Below the pieces are notes generated by a model that worked only from the letters and a program-made list of their open reading frames with translations, was not told where the DNA came from and did no database searches. DNA of 64,000 nt, from the NCBI GenBank assembly GCA_017302035.1, contig JAFLEA010000002.1, forward strand, positions 14,011 through 78,010, in the 5' to 3' direction. Source of the stretch: Lysobacterales bacterium (lineage in GTDB: Bacteria; Pseudomonadota; Gammaproteobacteria; Xanthomonadales; Xanthomonadaceae). Both the position numbers and the translations under genes were made by a program. Position 1 is the first letter of the stretch; each line of letters begins with the position of its first letter. Shown one piece after another: positions 1 through 9,009 of this stretch.

Positions 1-578
1 ATTTCATCAAGATACGTTTCCGCCCGCTCCTCCACCTCAACACCAATGCTTTCAAGGATGACGGACGAGGCAAAGCCAACGCGATCCTGCTCGGTTTCGA
101 GTTCAGAGCGGACAGAGAACTTCGGGAACAACTCGTCGCCCGCGAACCCGAACAGCCATGCGATCTGGTTTGCCACACTGGACCCGTTCTCGGCAACGAT
201 AACCAGCAAGCCGGGGTCGTCGGTATCGTCAGCAGCACTTCGGCGCTTGGCGATCAGCAGCAGATCGCCTTCGCTCGCCATCTGCGACACTTGCGTATCA
301 GGAAAATAGAAGCGGTACTCTGTCCGCGTTGGATGTGCCGCCCGCGCGTCGTACAGCGTGAGCGTGGCGTCCTCCATGATCGGCTCGTCATTGTCATCGT
401 TGAGGTAGAGGAACCGCGCAGGAAACCGCTGCTTCTCCGTGGGTCGTCCCAGGAAGTTCAGCATGGCAGCAGTCGTATTGAACTCATGCTGGTGCGAGCG
501 CGCCGGATCGATCTCCACAGCCGCCAGCCGCTTGATCGCTACTCCCTCGAAGTATTCGGACAGATAGCCGCGTTTCAT
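1..578 (-). CDS. Putative type II restriction endonuclease, N-terminal ~192 codons only; the ORF runs off the window edge.
   Basis: It is absent from the ORF track because it has no stop codon in the window. My hand translation from ATG 578-576 gives MKRGYLSEYFEGVAIKRLAAVEIDPARSHQHEFNTT...TEYRFYFPDT...GDLLLIAKRRS... and stays open down to nt 1. One nucleotide separates it from the vsr stop codon. The KRL..A....HQ segment loosely resembles the EcoRII-type N-terminal effector DNA-binding domain. The call rests mainly on the methylase-Vsr-ORF operon context. Confidence 0.45.
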   Translation of the reverse strand, partial: MKRGYLSEYFEGVAIKRLAAVEIDPARSHQHEFNTTAAMLNFLGRPTEKQRFPARFLYLNDDNDEPIMEDATLTLYDARAAHPTRTEYRFYFPDTQVSQMASEGDLLLIAKRRSAADDTDDPGLLVIVAENGSSVANQIAWLFGFAGDELFPKFSVRSELETEQDRVGFASSVILESIGVEVEERAETYLDE

Positions 579-579
579 T

Positions 580-1014
580 TCATCCCCTGATTTCGCACAA
601 GGCTTCTCCGGAGGCGATCCACTCCGCCAGCAACGCGCCTACGTCCAACCGCTGGCGCAGCGCACACTCCCATACGATTGCAACACGCCACCCAGCAGCT
701 TGCAATGCCATCTGGTGCCTGCTGTCGTTGGCGCGGTTCCGGTCGATCTTGGTTTGCCAGAACTCGGGCCGGGTTTTCGGCCAGCGGAACAACGGGCAAT
801 CGTGGCCATGCCAGAAGCAGCCGTGAACGAAGATCACGGCACGGTGCTTCGGCAACACGATATCGGGGTGTCCCGGCAGCTCCCGGACATGTAGCCGGTA
901 GCGAAAGCCGCGCGCATGTAAGGTGCGGCGCACGATCCATTCTGGCCGGGTGTTCTTGCCCCGTATGCCGGACATCATCCGGCTGCGTACATCAGGCGGC
1001 ACAATGTCCGCCAT
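580..1014 (-). CDS. vsr: Very short patch repair endonuclease (Vsr)
   Basis: The 144-aa product contains SRMMSGIRGKNTRPE...FVHGCFWHGH.CP...P.TRPEFW..KI..N..RD, the typical Vsr family signature. The start lies 4 nt after the methyltransferase stop. Confidence 0.93.
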   Translation of the reverse strand: MADIVPPDVRSRMMSGIRGKNTRPEWIVRRTLHARGFRYRLHVRELPGHPDIVLPKHRAVIFVHGCFWHGHDCPLFRWPKTRPEFWQTKIDRNRANDSRHQMALQAAGWRVAIVWECALRQRLDVGALLAEWIASGEALCEIRG

Positions 1015-1018
1015 GAGA

Positions 1019-2314
1019 TCAGGCAGCGTTTGCCATCAGCGGGTGCTGAACTGCGCCACCTTCATCCTTGGCTTTTAGGTAGGCAATGCGCGGCGCCATG
1101 ATCTTCGCAACTGCCTCCATCATTGGCATACATACACTGTTGCCGAACTGACGGTACGCCTGGGTATCGCTCACAACGATCTGGAAGTCATCAGGGAAGC
1201 CCATCAACCTCGCGCATTCGCGCGGCGTTAGCCGGCGTGGACGCTTGCCCTTGCCGCGATGGATCAGGATTTCGCTTCCGTCCTTGTAATAGCGGGCGGA
1301 CAAAGTGCGGGTGTGGTGATCCACGCCGGGCTTTACCAGTCCGAAGCCGAAGCCGTTGCCTGCCGCCTGGTGTTTGGCCGCGTAATCTTGGAGGTACTGC
1401 CACAGCCTGGCGGTGAGAGTGTATTTCGGCGAAACCTTGGCCTGTGGCCCGGTGGTGTAATGGCCTTCTGCCTGCTCAGTTCCATCTTCCGGGTGAAGAA
1501 TGGAACTGATGTCTGGACCCTGTTCTGGCAGACGCAGATCATCCCAGGTGAAATCCGTTTCCTCACGAAAGCCGACGATGAGAATGCGCTCCCGGTGCTG
1601 CGGAACGAAGTGCTGGGCGTCGATCACACGCGCAAAGACCTTGTATCCAAGCTTGTTTTCCAGCGTATCCATGATGACGCGGAAGGTGTTTCCCTTGTCG
1701 TGGCTTTTCAGGTTCTTCACGTTTTCGAGCAGAAATGCCTTCGGGCGCTTCTCTCGAATAATGCGCTCGATGTCGAAGAACAGCGTGCCCTGTGTCGTAC
1801 ACTCGAAGCCGTGCGCACGACCAAGCGCATTCTTCTTGCTAACACCCGCGATGGAGAACGGCTGGCACGGAAAGCCTGCGAGCAGGACATCGTGGTCTGG
1901 AATGTCCTTTGCTTCCACCTTGGTGATGTCCCCATCGAAAAGGTGCCCCTCACCGAAGTTGTGCTGGTAGGTCTTTTTTGACCACTCATTCCATTCACTG
2001 GTGTACACACAGGTGCCACCGGCACGCTCGAAGCCCATGCGAATGCCGCCGATCCCGGCGAACAAATCGATGAAAGTGAAGTCATTGGTGCTGGGCTGAC
2101 CAGTCTGGTTCATGCGCAGAATCTCTTGTAGCGCCGGGACGATCATCTGAGGGCAGCGTGTCTCACCACGCTCCCAGCGGGAAATGGTCTTGGCGGTCGT
2201 GGACAGGAGGCTGGCCAGCGTTTGCTGGGTGATCCTTCTTTGCCGGGCCAGTCGCAGCAACGCCAGAGCGTCATTCTTGGACATGCCTGCCTCGCTGGGA
2301 ACTTTACCGGACAT
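1019..2314 (-). CDS. dcm: DNA (cytosine-5)-methyltransferase with an N-terminal XRE-type HTH region
   Basis: The C5-MTase motifs are present: [10 protein letters not shown] (I), GFPCQPFS (IV), ENVKNL (VI), [10 protein letters not shown] (VIII) and FGNSV (X). The N-terminus [33 protein letters not shown] is HTH-like. The start is uncertain: ATG 2314 or 2284 is preferred, because the 2458 start in the ORF track would overlap radC. Confidence 0.9.
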   Translation of the reverse strand: MSGKVPSEAGMSKNDALALLRLARQRRITQQTLASLLSTTAKTISRWERGETRCPQMIVPALQEILRMNQTGQPSTNDFTFIDLFAGIGGIRMGFERAGGTCVYTSEWNEWSKKTYQHNFGEGHLFDGDITKVEAKDIPDHDVLLAGFPCQPFSIAGVSKKNALGRAHGFECTTQGTLFFDIERIIREKRPKAFLLENVKNLKSHDKGNTFRVIMDTLENKLGYKVFARVIDAQHFVPQHRERILIVGFREETDFTWDDLRLPEQGPDISSILHPEDGTEQAEGHYTTGPQAKVSPKYTLTARLWQYLQDYAAKHQAAGNGFGFGLVKPGVDHHTRTLSARYYKDGSEILIHRGKGKRPRRLTPRECARLMGFPDDFQIVVSDTQAYRQFGNSVCMPMMEAVAKIMAPRIAYLKAKDEGGAVQHPLMANAA

Positions 2315-2435
2315 TCTGTCTGATGATGTTCCCGCCGGCAAGGCCCCTTTGCCGCCCGCTGCTCCCGCCTTAGGCGGAGACTGGCAGGGGGCCATCGCAG
2401 AGGCTGCGACAGCCCGCACAGGCGCAGGGGATGGG

Positions 2436-2951
2436 TCAGACCCATCCCCGTGCGGCAAGGCTGGTACAGGTCTCGCCGACCACGATGTGGTCCAGCACCC
2501 GGATATCCACCAGCGCCAGCGACTGCTTCAAGCGGGCGGTGATGGCGCGGTCGGCGGCGGACGGCTCCGGGTTCCCGCTCGGGTGGTTGTGGGCCAGGAT
2601 CACGGCAGCAGCGTTGTGCGTCAGGGCCGCCTTGACGACCTCCCGGGGATGGACTTCGGCACCGTCCACGGTGCCTCGGGCCAGCGCCTCGATGGCGATG
2701 ACCCGGTGGCGCGTGTCCAGGAACAGGACATGGAACTGCTCGTGCTCCAATCCGCCCAGCCGCATGCGGAGGAAGTCGCTGGCCTGGGTCGGGTCGGAGA
2801 TGTTGCCCAGCCGTTCCAGCCGGCGGCGCAGGATGGCTTCGGCCTGCGCGAGGATGGTGGTGTCATCGGCCTGGTAGTCGGCGCGGGTGTCTTGTGCTTC
2901 GCGTTGACGCATTGGTGTTCTCCCCGGCAGCACCATGCCGCCGTGGGCCAC
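2436..2951 (-). CDS. radC: RadC-like JAB-domain protein
   Basis: The product contains [39 protein letters not shown], the JAMM/RadC motif. Its ~170-aa size is typical of island- or ICE-borne RadC paralogues. Confidence 0.85.
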   Translation of the reverse strand: MAHGGMVLPGRTPMRQREAQDTRADYQADDTTILAQAEAILRRRLERLGNISDPTQASDFLRMRLGGLEHEQFHVLFLDTRHRVIAIEALARGTVDGAEVHPREVVKAALTHNAAAVILAHNHPSGNPEPSAADRAITARLKQSLALVDIRVLDHIVVGETCTSLAARGWV

Positions 2952-3125
2952 CCCGACGCCGCGCGATCAGCGCACGGCGCACCCGCAGGGGCGCAACACC
3001 GTGGAGCAGCGAACGCTTGCGCCGGACGCAGCGCGGCGTCTCCTGGCCCACAACCGGGTGGATGGAGTTGCCGGGGAGGGCGCTATCAACGCAGCAGGCC
3101 CGCACCGAGTGCCAAGCCATGCGCG

Positions 3126-3740
3126 CTACATCCGACGCTGCGCCTGACTGCTTTCCGTCGGCGCACGCACATAACCGGGCTGCGCGGTCGCGGCAACAAC
3201 GTCAAGCGCACGCTGTCGCTTGGCTGCCACGTGAGCAATGATTACATCGCAGACGTCTGTGTGGCCCGCAGTTTGGGCGGTTGAGAGTGCTGTGCCCCCT
3301 TGGTTCGTCTGGGCGTCCACATTGGCACCATGATCAAGCAGGAACTCGACCATATCGGCACGCCCCATTGCTGCCTGCGTCAGTAAGGGCGTCCCGAGAA
3401 ACTGGTGCTCCCTGGCTTCGATATCTGCTCCGCGCGCCAGCAGGAGACGCGCAACTTCGATATTGGCGTTGTGGAGCGGGGTAAATCCATTTGCGTCCCA
3501 CGCCCTGGCGTTGGCTTTGGCGTCAAGCAGAACCTTGGCAACCGAGGACGGCAGTTCGTGCCTGAACAAAAGCGTACGACCGAAGTTGTCTCGTTCGGGA
3601 CTGTCAGGGTTGATCCCCGAGGCGAGGCATTTCCGAAGCGGCTTCAAGTCGCCTGTATTGACCGCAACACAAGCGCAAGCAAACAGCCGGTAGAAGTCAT
3701 TGCGCACCTTGTGCGACTTGCTGGATTTCGATTTAGACAT
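3126..3740 (-). CDS. Ankyrin-repeat protein
   Basis: It has repeated G.TPLH......(V/A)..LL..GA(D/N) units, such as NGFTPLHNANIEVARLLLARGADIEA and GTPLLTQAAMGRADMVEFLLDHGANVDA. The start is taken at ATG 3740 (MSKSKSS...); the ORF track extends it to 3797. Confidence 0.8.
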   Translation of the reverse strand: MSKSKSSKSHKVRNDFYRLFACACVAVNTGDLKPLRKCLASGINPDSPERDNFGRTLLFRHELPSSVAKVLLDAKANARAWDANGFTPLHNANIEVARLLLARGADIEAREHQFLGTPLLTQAAMGRADMVEFLLDHGANVDAQTNQGGTALSTAQTAGHTDVCDVIIAHVAAKRQRALDVVAATAQPGYVRAPTESSQAQRRM

Positions 3741-4215
3741 GGCAGGTTCCAGTAGTTGAGATGGGTTAGAAACACAGTTATTCCGGGGATGAAACACAAC
3801 CCGGAGAACTGGCCATCTCCTGGAACGGCAGGGCTTGGATGTGCCCCTTCGCTACCTTTTCGCCTCGTCCAGCCGATGATTGGCTGCGGCGCGTGCCACT
3901 CGAAATATGTGGGTGAAACCTATCGCTGCCGGCTGGCCTTCCTGGCCCACCGCAACGCCGATTTTACCAATGCTTCCAGCCTCAATCGGCAAGGCCGATG
4001 TGAAGCCGGTTATGGAATCGACAGGTAGCGCCCTGGCGGGCGTGCATCCTTGAAAATCAGAGTTCGCCATCCTTCGGCGACGCATCCGGAATCGCGCGGG
4101 TGTCGATGTTGACCAAGCCCATGAGGTGCGTCCGGCGCTCCCGCGCTCGTTCCAGTGCGCGGCACCGTCCACCGCGCCACGCGCCTCGATGACGATGATC
4201 CGGCGTTGTCTTCGG

Positions 4216-4602
4216 CTAGTTGACGGACTGACAGCCTATGACTTCTCCCCAGAACCATATTGATCGGCCAAAGCGTCGCAGCACGATGTTGGAAGGGAGG
4301 GGAAGGGCGCGCCTGCGTCGGTTCCCCTGGCGGGGTTCGGGTAGCCTCTCCCGAAGCACTACGCGGCCCGGCATTGGCAGCCCTTCAATCGCTCCCAGCG
4401 CAGCAAGTCCGGCAGCGATTGCGTCCAAGTCCGCCGACAACGACCCGCCGGGGCGTATGCGGGTCGCCATACGAAACAGCGGGGCCAGCGCGCCATCAGT
4501 GTCGAAGGGGCTGGGTGGGTTGGCCAGCACCCTGGCCAAGGCATTGAACCAAGCCTCATCAAGCCAGGAAGCAACCTCTTGCGGGCGGGCGGTTCTGCGC
4601 AT
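4216..4602 (-). CDS. Hypothetical protein (128 aa), possibly a decayed gene
   Basis: This is an open frame with plausible GC3 bias in its first ~80 codons, and I recognise no motif. Its TAG stop is followed in the same frame by 52 more sense codons (see findings). Confidence 0.3.
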   Translation of the reverse strand: MRRTARPQEVASWLDEAWFNALARVLANPPSPFDTDGALAPLFRMATRIRPGGSLSADLDAIAAGLAALGAIEGLPMPGRVVLRERLPEPRQGNRRRRALPLPSNIVLRRFGRSIWFWGEVIGCQSVN

Positions 4603-4717
4603 GTGCCCGAATGATAGGCGCTGGCATGTCGAAAAAGTTGGGACACTCCTGGGACATAGCAGGGGGGTTTTTGGCCATCAAAACCCACCTTGTCAGACCA
4701 TGTCCCAGAAAGGAAAA

Positions 4718-4750
4718 GGCCCGCAAACCGTTGATTTGCGAGCCTTTTTT
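4718..4750 (-). terminator. Hairpin plus T-tract immediately downstream of tRNA-Ala; a U-run is present on both strands.
   Basis: GGCCCGCAAA (4718-4727) pairs with TTTGCGAGCC (4735-4744), a 10-bp stem with one mismatch. It is flanked by T6 on the plus strand (4745-4750) and by TTTTCCTTT on the minus strand. Confidence 0.5.
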
Positions 4751-4752
4751 GT

Positions 4753-4828
<76 letters not shown>

Positions 4829-4865
4829 GTGGCGCGGATCCGTGGACCCGTGCGGGAGGAGAATT

Positions 4866-5960
4866 CTAGCCTGCCGCGGGCGCGGGCGCCAACAGGGGCG
4901 AAAGCGCAGGTTCCAGTTCGGCGCGGCGCCAGCCCTGCAGCGCGGGCGGCCATTGGCCGCTCTCCAGCAGGGCTTCCAGGTGCCGGCGCGAGGCCAGCAC
5001 GCCATCGGGCAGGGCCAGTTCGCCGCCGCGCCGGGCCACCGCGTCCTGCAGGCGGCGCAGGGCGTTGCGGTCCGGATCGCCGGCGGCCATCGGCATGCCG
5101 TCCTCGCCGGGCAGGGGCGTCGCCAGCGCCTGCCAGATCGCTGCGGCCAGGCGCCGTGGCGACTTCGGTGTGGCGTCCAGCTGGCGCTGCAGGGCAGCGG
5201 CATCGACCGGCGGGTCGCGCGCCAGCGCCACCGCCAGTTCGTTGTCCAGCACCCAGCTGCGCGGCAGGTCGTGTTCGCGGGCGTGGCGTTCGCGCCAGCG
5301 CAGCAGGCGCAGCAGGCGGTGCTGGCCGGGGCCGTCCAGAAACTGGGCCGAGCGCAGCGCCAGGTGCGGCCAGGTTTCGCCCTCGTCGCGCGCCGCGGTG
5401 GCGAGCATGCGCTCGATGTCCTCGACCAGCCAGGCTTCGCGGCCCAGTTCGTGCAGCTTGCCGGCGGACGCCCGGTACAGTGCGTCCAGGTGGCGCACGT
5501 CGTCGGCGGCGTAGTCGAGCTGGGCCGGGCTGAGCGGGCGGCGCATCCAGTCCGAGCGGGTCTCGCCCTTCGCCAGGGTCGTGCCGCAGACCTGTTCGAC
5601 CAGCTTCTGGTAGCCCATGCCCGCGCCGATCCCGGCCAGCGCGGCGGCCGGCTGGGTGTCGTACATCGGCCGCGGCAGGGTGCCGCAGGCGCAGCGCAGG
5701 ACGATCAGGTCCTCGCTGGCGCTGTGCATGATCTTGAGCACGCCCGGCGCCTCCAGCCAGGCGGCCAGGGCCTGGGTCATCCCCGGCACGAGCGGGTCGA
5801 TCAGCAGGATTTCGTCGCCCACAGCCATCTGCACCAAGGCCAGGCGCGGCCAGTAGGTGCGTTCGCGGATGAATTCGGTGTCCAGGCCGATCCGGGACGG
5901 GGCATGCTGCAGCCGGTCCAGCAGGTCGCCGGGTCGGTCGATCCAGAGGGGTTCTGACAC
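4866..5960 (-). CDS. rnd: Ribonuclease D
   Basis: It has the DEDD 3'-5' exonuclease motifs ([37 protein letters not shown]) and an HRDC-like C-terminus. The start is set at GTG 5960 ([10 protein letters not shown]...); the upstream part of the 492-aa ORF is Pro/Ala/Arg-rich and was not counted. Confidence 0.88.
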   Translation of the reverse strand: MSEPLWIDRPGDLLDRLQHAPSRIGLDTEFIRERTYWPRLALVQMAVGDEILLIDPLVPGMTQALAAWLEAPGVLKIMHSASEDLIVLRCACGTLPRPMYDTQPAAALAGIGAGMGYQKLVEQVCGTTLAKGETRSDWMRRPLSPAQLDYAADDVRHLDALYRASAGKLHELGREAWLVEDIERMLATAARDEGETWPHLALRSAQFLDGPGQHRLLRLLRWRERHAREHDLPRSWVLDNELAVALARDPPVDAAALQRQLDATPKSPRRLAAAIWQALATPLPGEDGMPMAAGDPDRNALRRLQDAVARRGGELALPDGVLASRRHLEALLESGQWPPALQGWRRAELEPALSPLLAPAPAAG

Positions 5961-6030
5961 GTGGGTTCCGTGGTGACGTTGCGGTTGCCCCTGCGGGCTG
6001 GGATAGCCTAACGTCAAACCGTCCGGGACG

Positions 6031-7917
6031 GTGATGGAGGCGGGACTCGTGCGCAGGGGCGGTCGGGCATTGCTGTGGACGGCGATCCTGCTGGCCGGTG
6101 CCTGCGGGCGCGGCCAGCAGGCGCCGGCTGACGGGTCCGGTCCGGGCATGGCCGGCGCGGCAGCCCGGCGTGGCGGCCCCAGCGTGACCGTCAGCGGCGA
6201 CGAGAGCCAGGCCGTGCTGGGGGTGTGGACACCGCCGGCCGTGGACCTGGGAGCGGATCCGGACCGCCGCCGCTGGCGCGAGCGTGCGGCGCGGGCGCAG
6301 GAGGACGGACACCTGTTCGAGGACGCCGAGGCGGCCATACCCATCTATCTGGCGCTGCTCCAGGCCGATCCCGGAGACCGCGCGGCCCGGCGTGGCCTGC
6401 AGCGGGCACAGGACGGCGTGCGGCTGCAGGCCCGGGCTGCGCTGGCCGCCGCCGGCGAGGACCAGGCCGCACTGCTCCGCGCCGAGCGCCTGGCGGCGGT
6501 GGCGCGGGTGCTGGCGCCGGACGACGACGCGGTGCTGGCCTTGCAGCGCGAAGTGGAGGCGGCGCGGCGCCTGGATGCACTCAACCGTTCCGGCGAGGAG
6601 GACTTGCGCGCCGGACGACTGGGCGAGGAGGGCGACGGTGCGCTGACCTGGTTCCGCGAGGCGCTGGCGTTGCGCCCGGACGATCCGCGCGCGCTGCAGG
6701 GCCGGGCGGCGGTGGAAAGCGCCGCGTTGCGCCGCGCCCTGGACGCCGGGCAGACATTCGATTTCGACATGGCCGTGGCATGGCTGGGCCATGCCCAGGC
6801 CGTGCGCGACGACGCTGCCGGTGCGGTGGCCGAGGCGGAGCAGCGGGTGGAATCCCTGCGCAACGCCCGCATCGCCGCGTTGCGCGACGCGGCCCTGCGC
6901 GACCTGGCCGATGGCGGCGCAGGGTTGCGCGATGCGCGGGTACGGCTGGCCGACATCCTGCTGATTGCGCGCCCCGGCGACGCGGTCGCCGGACAATTGC
7001 GCGAGCGCATCGACCTGGCCACCCACTACGGCGTGTTCCGCCCCGGCCAGGTGTTCACCGACGCCCTGGCCGACGGCGATCGCGGGCCGCAGATGGTGGT
7101 GGTGCCGCACGGCGCCTTCCACATGGGTGCCCTGGACAACGAGCCGGGTGCCGCCGAGGCGGAGGAGCCGGCGCACTACGTACGCTTCGACCGTGGCTTC
7201 GCCATGTCCCTGACCGAGGTGACGGTGGCGGAGTTCGGCCGTTTCGTGGCCCAGTCCGGCGCGCGCCCGCGTGCGAGCCGGCGCGGCAATTCCATCGTCT
7301 ACGACGAACGCAGCGGCAACTTCGTCCGCCGCAGCGGGGTGGACTGGCGTTCGGGCTACGACGGCCGGCCGGCGGCGCCGAATGACCCGGTGCTGCACGT
7401 GAGCGTGCGCGACGCCGAGGCCTATGCGGCCTGGCTGTCGGAGCAGACCGGGCGTCACTACCGGCTGCCCAGCGAAGCGGAGTTCGAGTATGCGCTGCGC
7501 GCCGGCGGGGCCGGCCGCTACCCGTGGGGCGACGCCGACATTCCGCCGGCAGGGTCGGGCAATTTCGCCGGCAGCGAGGACGTCTCGCCCAGCGGGCGGA
7601 CCTGGAACAACGCCTTTGCCGGCTTCGGCGACGGCTACTGGGGCCCGGCGCCGGCCGGCCGTTTCCAGGCCAATGCCTGGCTCCTGCACGACCTGGCCGG
7701 CAACGTCGGCGAATGGGTCGCCGACTGCTGGCATGCCAGCTACCGGCGCGCCCCGGCCGACGGCGCGGCGTGGTTCAATCCCGGTTGCCGCCAGCGCGTG
7801 GTGCGCGGCGGGGTGTGGGCGGGCTCGCCGGCGCAGACCCGTTCGGCGTGGCGCGCGTCGATGGATTCGGACATGACCAGCGCGCGCATTGGCTTCCGCC
7901 TGGTGCGGGGCATCTGA
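6031..7917 (+). CDS. FGE-sulfatase (SUMF1/EgtB/PvdO-type) domain protein with a long Ala/Arg-rich N-terminal region
   Basis: The C-terminal ~270 aa carry MVVVPHGAFHMG...YRLPSEAEFEYALRAG...GNVGEWVADCW...RVVRGG.W...R.GFRLV, the formylglycine-generating-enzyme fold signature. Confidence 0.8.
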   Translation: MMEAGLVRRGGRALLWTAILLAGACGRGQQAPADGSGPGMAGAAARRGGPSVTVSGDESQAVLGVWTPPAVDLGADPDRRRWRERAARAQEDGHLFEDAEAAIPIYLALLQADPGDRAARRGLQRAQDGVRLQARAALAAAGEDQAALLRAERLAAVARVLAPDDDAVLALQREVEAARRLDALNRSGEEDLRAGRLGEEGDGALTWFREALALRPDDPRALQGRAAVESAALRRALDAGQTFDFDMAVAWLGHAQAVRDDAAGAVAEAEQRVESLRNARIAALRDAALRDLADGGAGLRDARVRLADILLIARPGDAVAGQLRERIDLATHYGVFRPGQVFTDALADGDRGPQMVVVPHGAFHMGALDNEPGAAEAEEPAHYVRFDRGFAMSLTEVTVAEFGRFVAQSGARPRASRRGNSIVYDERSGNFVRRSGVDWRSGYDGRPAAPNDPVLHVSVRDAEAYAAWLSEQTGRHYRLPSEAEFEYALRAGGAGRYPWGDADIPPAGSGNFAGSEDVSPSGRTWNNAFAGFGDGYWGPAPAGRFQANAWLLHDLAGNVGEWVADCWHASYRRAPADGAAWFNPGCRQRVVRGGVWAGSPAQTRSAWRASMDSDMTSARIGFRLVRGI

Positions 7918-7931
7918 AGGAGAACAGGGCG

Positions 7932-8843
7932 ATGCGACAGGATCCGTTCGGACAGCAGGAAGGGCGCCAGCAATACGGGCAACCGCAGCGCCGGCGCGGC
8001 TTCAACATCGGCAGCCTGCGCTGGCTGATCCTGCTCGGCTTCGTGGCCTATGGCGGCTGCTACTACCTGTCCAACCGCAGTGTGGATCCGTATACCGGCG
8101 AAACGGTGCTGATCGACAGTTCCATCGGGCCGGAGCAGGAGCGGGCGCTGGGCCTGCAGGCCTACCAGGAGATCCTGTCGCAGGAGCAGCCGTTGCCGAA
8201 GTCCGACCGGACGTCGCAGCAGATCGAGGAGATCGCCCGCCGCCTGATCGCCAAGGTCCCCGAGGTCACCGCCGAGGTGGCCGCCAGCCACGGCCTGCCG
8301 GCGCCGGACCACTGGCGCGAGTTCGAGTGGGACGTGAACGTCATTCCGTCCGAGCAGGCCAACGCCTTCTGCCTGCCGGGCGGCAAGATGGCGGTGTATA
8401 CCGGCCTGATCCCGGTGGCGCAGACCCAGGATGCGATGGCGGTGGTGATGGGCCACGAGATCGCCCATGCGCTGCTGCGCCATGGCGCCCAGCGCATGAG
8501 CCAGCAGAAGCTGGCGCAGATCGGGCAGATGGCCGGCGCCGCCGGCGGGTTCGACCAGCAGCAACAGCAGATGATCCAGGCGGCGATGGGCTACGGCTAC
8601 CTGCTGCCGTACGCGCGCACGCACGAGACCCAGGCCGACGAGATCGGGCTGATGCTGGCCGCGGCGGCCTGCTACGACCCCAACCAGGCCATCGGCCTGT
8701 GGGAACGGATGAGCGAAGCCTCGGGTGGCCAGGCGCCGCCGGAGTTCGCCTCCACGCACCCGAATCCCGGCACCCGCATCCAGACGTTGCAGTCGTTGAT
8801 GCCCAAGGCGATGGAATACCGGCAGAAGTTCTGCCGCGAATAA
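7932..8843 (+). CDS. M48-family zinc metallopeptidase with an N-terminal membrane anchor
   Basis: It contains an HEIAHALLRH (HExxH) motif, a downstream ETQADEIG motif and a TM segment LRWLILLGFVAYGGCYY. ATG 7932 is preceded by GAAGGAGA. Confidence 0.85.
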   Translation: MRQDPFGQQEGRQQYGQPQRRRGFNIGSLRWLILLGFVAYGGCYYLSNRSVDPYTGETVLIDSSIGPEQERALGLQAYQEILSQEQPLPKSDRTSQQIEEIARRLIAKVPEVTAEVAASHGLPAPDHWREFEWDVNVIPSEQANAFCLPGGKMAVYTGLIPVAQTQDAMAVVMGHEIAHALLRHGAQRMSQQKLAQIGQMAGAAGGFDQQQQQMIQAAMGYGYLLPYARTHETQADEIGLMLAAAACYDPNQAIGLWERMSEASGGQAPPEFASTHPNPGTRIQTLQSLMPKAMEYRQKFCRE

Positions 8844-8887
8844 TCCGTGCGCTGTACGAACGCGGGCCGACCGCTTCGAAGCGACCC

Positions 8888-8975
8888 GGCGCGATGCCTG
8901 CCGACGGGAAGTGAAGGAGGAGGCTTCGGCCGCAGGCCCGAGCCGGGCGGCATGAGCGGCGGCAGGCATCGCGCC
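8888..8975. repeat. 16-bp perfect inverted repeat with a 56-nt spacer
   Basis: GGCGCGATGCCTGCCG (8888-8903) is the exact reverse complement of CGGCAGGCATCGCGCC (8960-8975). It sits in the convergent gap between the M48 peptidase gene and phaR. Confidence 0.7.
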
Positions 8976-9009
8976 GGGGCGCCGCCGCCATGTCTCCCCG
9001 CGCAGAACC

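Larger units (their letters stand above)
1..4752. mobile_element. Right-hand end of a horizontally acquired genomic island inserted next to the 3' end of tRNA-Ala. It is partial because it continues past the left window edge.
   Basis: All ORFs are on the minus strand. Composition is visibly more A/T-rich than the rest of the window (judged by eye, not computed). Cargo is typical of mobile DNA: an R-M module, Vsr, RadC and an ankyrin protein. The block ends directly at the tRNA 3' end. No integrase or att repeat is seen in the window. Confidence 0.5.

Noticed and set aside
1019-2458. The full 479-aa version of the methyltransferase ORF, starting at 2458.
   Set aside because: The first ~48 codons are Pro/Ala/Gly-rich and overlap the 3' end of radC. 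Internal ATGs at 2314 and 2284, just before the HTH region, are more plausible. It is reported with the shorter start.
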